Origin: Nitrospirota bacterium | GTDB taxonomy: Bacteria > Nitrospirota > UBA9217 | Length of the DNA stretch: 64,000 nt | Reading direction: 5' to 3' | NCBI GenBank assembly: GCA_035623825.1 | Contig: DASPSR010000062.1 | Span: forward strand, 88,023-152,022 | Shown here: positions 59,228 to 64,000 of the stretch, piece after piece | Position numbering within the stretch: position 1 is the stretch's first letter | Layout of the letters: every line of letters starts with the position of its first letter | Position numbers and translations under genes: made by a program | Notes under the pieces: model-generated | Seen by the model: only the letters and a program-made list of their open reading frames with translations | Told to the model about the DNA's origin: nothing | Databases searched by the model: none

Positions 59228-60919
59228 ATGCCTACTATAGATATCAAAAAGCGCGACCTCGAAGGCCTGATCGGCAAAAAGCTCGCTCTTGGCGCGCTTG
59301 AGAAGCACCTGATGCTCGCCAAGGCCGAGCTCAAGGAGCATGTTGCCGAGACCGACGACCTGAAGGTGGAGCTGTCAGACAGCAACAGGCCGGACCTCTG
59401 GTCAGCCGAGGGCATTGCACGCCAGATACGTATCTCGCTGTCCGGAAAACCCGAAGAGTGTCCCTTCGTGAAGCACGGCAGGAAGGCAACGCGCGAGATC
59501 AGGGTCGCGAAGGATATGAAAGCCGTGCGGCCGTATATTGCTGCATGTACGGCAAATGGCGTGCGCATGAATGAAGATGTACTCGCGCAGATGATCCAGA
59601 GCCAAGACAAGCTCTCGGAGATATTCGGCAGGAAGAGGAGCACAGTCTCGATCGGCATCTATGAACTGAACAGGATCGTCTTCCCGGTAGACTACCGGCT
59701 GGCTGATCCGTCCGCGGTCTCATTCACGCCCCTCGGCATGGAGGAGAAGCTCAACCTTGCCGACATCCTTGAACGCCACCCTAAGGGCGTTGCCTATGGC
59801 GGGATCGTCAAACGCTTTCCCCGGTACCCGGTACTGACGGATGGCTTGGGGCGCGTGCTGTCGTTCCCGCCGATCATCAACAGCAGGGAGATCGGGGAGG
59901 TAAAGCCGCGGACGACGGGCGTCCTCATAGAGGTCACCGGTACGGATATGCGGATGACCGCGCTCACCCTCAATATTCTGGCGGCGAGCTTTTATGACCG
60001 CGGCGCGGACATTGAACCCGTCCTCGTCGTCTATCCTTATGACACGGAGCTGGGGAAACGCGTTACATTTCCATATGATACCTCGCGGAAGATCACGGTG
60101 CCGATTTCAAGCTTCAAAGCGGGCCTCGGCGAAGAAGTATCCTTAGGCGACCTGAAAAAATATCTCGGCTCCTATGGCCACTGGGTCACAGTCGGACGCG
60201 GCACGATTTCAGTTACAACGCCGCCCTTTCGCGACGACGTCATGCATCCCGTAGATCTGGTCGAGGACTTTGCCATCAGCAGGGGATACGACTCGTTCGA
60301 GCCGGTGATGCCGAGACAGTCGACCGTTGGTGCGGTTTCCCGACTCGAACTGCTGTCCGACACGGTGCGCGGTCATATGGTGGGTTCCGGCTTCCAAGAG
60401 ATCATGTCAAACATCCTTTGCTCGCGAGAAGAGCTTGATTATGCGATGCCCGCGGGCGAGAAGCTCGTTGAAGTGGATAACGTTATGTCGCTCGCGTATT
60501 CAGTACTGAGGAACCGTGTTCTTCCATCGCTCCTCAACGTTGAGTCGGCGAGCTCCAAGTCGTTCTACCCCCACCGCATCTTTGAGGTGGGCGAGGTGGC
60601 GGTGTTCGATGCGAAAGAGAACATGGGCTCACGCACTGATCTTAACCTCGCGGCATTGATCTCTCATCCGGGCGCGAATTTCTCGGAAATGCATTCGTCC
60701 CTCGATATCCTGCTGTATTACCTCGGTATGGGATACAAGCTTGAACCCGCAGAGCATCCGCTCTTTATGCAGGGCCGCTGCGGCAAGATCATGGCCGGTA
60801 AAGTGGCCATCGGGCATGTCGGAGAAATCCGGCCCGAGGTGCTCGTGCGTACGCAGATCGCAATGCCCTGTGCCGCCTTCGAGATCAATTTAGACACCAT
60901 CTTGCGTCTCGTCATATGA
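59228..60919 (+). CDS. pheT: Phenylalanine--tRNA ligase beta subunit, archaeal/eukaryal type
   Basis: 563 aa, MPTIDI, NRPDLWSAEGIAR, VLSFPPIINS, DLVEDFAISRGYD. No bacterial B2 or B8 domains. Confidence 0.95.
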   Translation: MPTIDIKKRDLEGLIGKKLALGALEKHLMLAKAELKEHVAETDDLKVELSDSNRPDLWSAEGIARQIRISLSGKPEECPFVKHGRKATREIRVAKDMKAVRPYIAACTANGVRMNEDVLAQMIQSQDKLSEIFGRKRSTVSIGIYELNRIVFPVDYRLADPSAVSFTPLGMEEKLNLADILERHPKGVAYGGIVKRFPRYPVLTDGLGRVLSFPPIINSREIGEVKPRTTGVLIEVTGTDMRMTALTLNILAASFYDRGADIEPVLVVYPYDTELGKRVTFPYDTSRKITVPISSFKAGLGEEVSLGDLKKYLGSYGHWVTVGRGTISVTTPPFRDDVMHPVDLVEDFAISRGYDSFEPVMPRQSTVGAVSRLELLSDTVRGHMVGSGFQEIMSNILCSREELDYAMPAGEKLVEVDNVMSLAYSVLRNRVLPSLLNVESASSKSFYPHRIFEVGEVAVFDAKENMGSRTDLNLAALISHPGANFSEMHSSLDILLYYLGMGYKLEPAEHPLFMQGRCGKIMAGKVAIGHVGEIRPEVLVRTQIAMPCAAFEINLDTILRLVI

Positions 60920-61207
60920 CGTTCACCGCGATATCGCCGCCCACGGCTTTTTTAGTCCTTCCCCGCCTATATCTCGCCAAGCCCTGATTCAACAGCCTTC
61001 ATAACATTCGTATCACAATGTAATTTGCAGAACGAACCATGCTTCGTACCGCAGACAATGATAACGCTCGCCGCAAGCGAATCGGCACCCTCAAACGCCT
61101 CGCGATTTTGCTGCCGTTTCATTTCTAAACCAGTTAAACTTTCTGGTTGTCACGGTGTCGAAAAAGTATTAGTATGCAGTCCAATTTAAAATCAAGGAGG
61201 ACATAAG

Positions 61208-62821
61208 ATGTATCGTCGGTATCTGGGGATCTTGGTTGTGGTGTTAGCGGCATTCGCTTTGTATGCATGCGGTGGCGGGGGCGGCGGCGGAAGTACGACG
61301 CCCACGGGCGCTGCGACGGTCAGTCTCACCGATGCGCCGGGAGATTATGATCATGCGTATGTCACGGTCAAGGAAATCTGGTTCCACACGAGCGATACCG
61401 CGGGCCCTGACGACGCGGGATGGCGCAAGTATCCGCTTGTCGCGCCCGTAACAGTCGATCTCATCGCCTTGAGCAATGGAGTCATCAGCAGTCCCATATG
61501 GGACAACATCGCTGTAGAGGTCGGCACTTATCTGCAGATCAGACTGGTACTCGCGGGGACAGAGGATGCGCTGACAGATTCCGCTAAAACGGCGAAGTCC
61601 GGCGCAAGTCTGAAGTACAATAATGAGATCATTATTGGCGCGAATGAATATGCTCTCCGCATCCCCGATGCCCGTCACGGTATCAGACTCGCGGGCACCT
61701 TCCAGATCACAGACGGCGGTGTGCTCAGGCTGGCAATCGACATTGATGCGGGCCATGATGTGGTGGATATCCAGCGCAACGGTTTGACCGAATATGTCCT
61801 TAAACCGAGTCTCGCATATTGCGACCTCGACGATGCCGGCGCAATTGTCAGCTATATTACGCCGACCTCGGCGATTCCGAGTGCTCATTTTGTCATCAAG
61901 GCCGAGCAGGTGAATGATTCTTTGAATCCTCAATATCACGTGGTAAAACGCTGGACCATCGCGGATCCATCGACTGGCAAATTTGTATTGTATCCGCTCA
62001 AGCCCGGAACGTATGATCTCGTCATGCGCGGCTTAGGTTATCAGACCGTCATCGCAAAAGGCGTTCCGGTCACCAAGGGAACAACGCCTATTACCGCGAC
62101 CCCCATTTCTACGATCACGATGACCGCGGGGACCCCGGATTACACGGTCGGTGCGGCCATCACTTCGCCGACCGGCGCCTGGGTCAATTTCTATCAGACC
62201 CTCCAAGGGTCTGGGGAATTGCCATACGAGATCCGATTCAGGCATTTAAATCCCATAACCGGGCAGTTCTCGGGTTTCCAGCTTTCATCCGATCAGGTTT
62301 GGGTAGGAACGTATAACAGCGGCGCGATATCCGGTCTCACCTTGACGACTCCTATGGAGGGGCTTGGGAAATTCGGCGCGGTTGCAGATGCAGTTCTTTA
62401 TGACCGCAGCGCTTCTCAATTGGTGAGCTCCGTCACGCCGACGCCGTTATCTCTTGGCTCGCTCAATCCTACGGCACCCGCTGTGAGCAGAAGCATTAGC
62501 GGCACGATAACCGTGCCTTCGATGGGTATGGGGATGATGAACAATGGTGTTCTCTTCGCAGTGCACGGCGGGATGATCGTTAACACCCTCAATAACGGCA
62601 ATTACGGCAGTATGTCCAGTTTGATGATGAGTGGAGGGTCCTACACCATGGCCAATCTGCCGGGCGGATCATCTGCGACGCCGCTCCCGGGAGCATTCTA
62701 TGGTGTAGAAGCACTTGGGTGGTCCCCAACGGCCCTGGGGATCGGGATACCGAGGGTTGCTGATCTGCGCACAGGCGATGACACCGGTGTTGATATGCAG
62801 ATGCTGATGTTGTTGCCTTAG
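61208..62821 (+). CDS. DUF4382-domain lipoprotein
   Basis: Lipobox LYAC, Gly linker, VSLTDAP, YLQIRLVL, AIDIDAGH. AAGGAGG SD. Confidence 0.85.
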   Translation: MYRRYLGILVVVLAAFALYACGGGGGGGSTTPTGAATVSLTDAPGDYDHAYVTVKEIWFHTSDTAGPDDAGWRKYPLVAPVTVDLIALSNGVISSPIWDNIAVEVGTYLQIRLVLAGTEDALTDSAKTAKSGASLKYNNEIIIGANEYALRIPDARHGIRLAGTFQITDGGVLRLAIDIDAGHDVVDIQRNGLTEYVLKPSLAYCDLDDAGAIVSYITPTSAIPSAHFVIKAEQVNDSLNPQYHVVKRWTIADPSTGKFVLYPLKPGTYDLVMRGLGYQTVIAKGVPVTKGTTPITATPISTITMTAGTPDYTVGAAITSPTGAWVNFYQTLQGSGELPYEIRFRHLNPITGQFSGFQLSSDQVWVGTYNSGAISGLTLTTPMEGLGKFGAVADAVLYDRSASQLVSSVTPTPLSLGSLNPTAPAVSRSISGTITVPSMGMGMMNNGVLFAVHGGMIVNTLNNGNYGSMSSLMMSGGSYTMANLPGGSSATPLPGAFYGVEALGWSPTALGIGIPRVADLRTGDDTGVDMQMLMLLP

Positions 62822-62840
62822 GTAGCGCTCGTTTTGGGAC

Positions 62841-62874
62841 AAAAGGCCTTGCCCTGGATCGGGCAAGGCCTTTT
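62841..62874. terminator. Bidirectional intrinsic terminator
   Basis: AAAAGGCCTTGCCC-TGGATC-GGGCAAGGCCTTTT between convergent genes. Confidence 0.88.
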
Positions 62875-62896
62875 CATTTGAATTATTCAGCGCGCT

Positions 62897-63682
62897 TTAA
62901 TCAAGTTTTATCCTGTTGGGCCACGTGTAGATGTTCATCCGTTCACCCCGCGCGAAGCCGATGAGGGTGATGCCAATGTCCTCAGCGTAGCTTACGGCCA
63001 TGCATGACGGAGCCGCGCGGCTGATGAGCACGGGGAAGCGGTTCCTGCCCGCTTTCGTCACGATCTCGGATGTAACTCGCCCGCTCGTGATCAGTATTTT
63101 GTTTTCCACGGGGACCGATTTCAAGAAGGCCTTCCCGATCAGCTTGTCAACTGCGTTGTGCCTGCCGATGTCCTCGGAGAAGAACAGGATCTCCTTGCCG
63201 TCTGAAAGCCCGGCGCTGTGCACGCCCCCCGTCTCGATGTACAGTTTTGAGATATTCCGGAAGATGCTGAGTAGTTTCCTGATATCATCGAGTGAAAGAA
63301 GATGGCCTGTCGCTCCTATCCTGCGGTCAGCTTCCGTGCGGTAGTTCGTGAAGGTGATCCCCTTGCCGCACCCGGAGGAGATGGTCCGCTTTTCGAACTT
63401 CTTGCTGAAATCAGAGGGCAGGTCGGATAGCTCGATCCGCACACTGAGTTCCTTTTCATCGACTTCCAGCCTTTTTATCGTGTTTTTGCCGTGCAGAATC
63501 CCTTCCGTGAGCAGAAAACCCACAGCAAGCTCCTCAAGCTCGGAAGGGGTGCAGAGAAGTGTTACGAGCGGCTCGCCGTTCACCACCAGCGTAACCGGCA
63601 GCTCGGACGCGACGGCATCGATTGCGCCATCGACATTGCTGCCTGAGACTTTCAAAATCAATGCGTCTCTCTTGCTTTCCAC
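62897..63682 (-). CDS. fdhD: Formate dehydrogenase accessory sulfurtransferase (start approximate)
   Basis: LAVGFLLTEG, SSGCG, TGGVHSA, EDIGRHNAVDKLIG, SGRV. Confidence 0.95.
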   Translation of the reverse strand: MESKRDALILKVSGSNVDGAIDAVASELPVTLVVNGEPLVTLLCTPSELEELAVGFLLTEGILHGKNTIKRLEVDEKELSVRIELSDLPSDFSKKFEKRTISSGCGKGITFTNYRTEADRRIGATGHLLSLDDIRKLLSIFRNISKLYIETGGVHSAGLSDGKEILFFSEDIGRHNAVDKLIGKAFLKSVPVENKILITSGRVTSEIVTKAGRNRFPVLISRAAPSCMAVSYAEDIGITLIGFARGERMNIYTWPNRIKLD

Positions 63683-63758
63683 AACGGGAAATATAGCATA
63701 AAAAAGGGGCGGGGGGCAAGGGACATGGGTCAAGAAACCGGACACGTGCGGCCAGAAT

Positions 63759-63791
63759 AAAAAGCCTCCGGAATTACTTTCCGGAGGCCTT
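63759..63791 (-). terminator. Intrinsic terminator of the last gene
   Basis: GCCTCCGGAA-TTACT-TTCCGGAGGC with a U-tract on the minus strand. Confidence 0.75.
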
Positions 63792-63821
63792 ACGTCAGCA
63801 AGCGATGGTCTGGGTATCTGA

Positions 63822-64000
63822 TCAGAAGTGCAGGTTCAGCCGGACCGAGTAGGCATTGACAGCGGCGAAATCCGCCTCGGCGACGAGGTTAACGAGTCCA
63901 AAGCTGAGCTTGCAACCTACGAAACCCTTCGTCTCGGTGATATTTTCTGTGGAGAGCGGAGGCACAGGAACGTTCGTGTTCGGTGTATTCGTGATCCATA
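63822..64000 (-). CDS. C-terminus of a probable outer-membrane beta-barrel protein (partial)
   Basis: ...KGFVGCKLSFGLVNLVAEADFAAVNAYSVRLNLHF*, with alternating strands and a terminal Phe. Confidence 0.65.
   Translation of the reverse strand, partial: WITNTPNTNVPVPPLSTENITETKGFVGCKLSFGLVNLVAEADFAAVNAYSVRLNLHF

Overview
Bacterial chromosomal window, mostly GC-rich, from a diderm organism (gene content and style suggest Nitrospirota or a similar deltaproteobacteria-like anaerobe; this is inference). Housekeeping blocks: lysS-lolC/E-lolD; ccsA-hemA-hemC-cobA/hemD-hesB-hemB plus a triheme c7-type cytochrome; dnaE; a PyrR-attenuated pyrR-pyrB-pyrC-carA-(radical SAM)-carB-greA-pyrK-pyrD operon; xerD, CBS/DHH tRNA nucleotidyltransferase, Na/Pi cotransporter, yjbQ, queA, SPOR protein, archaeal/eukaryal-type pheS-pheT, DUF4382 lipoprotein and fdhD. 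An AT-richer accessory stretch (about 17.6-23.9 kb) lies between tRNA-Cys and tRNA-Ala(GGC). It holds a tandem array of small decayed integrative elements bounded by repeated tRNA-Ala 3' halves, each with an integrase C-terminal stub. The most notable items are that array, a HEAT/HD-GYP/GGDEF module whose first two proteins share an N-terminal domain, a standalone HEPN-motif protein, an unlisted 55-aa Cys-rich ORF divergent from a LysR gene, several apparently leaderless genes, a probable ATA start for lolD, and a heptamer-repeat insertion in carB. All calls come from reading the sequence; no searches were run.
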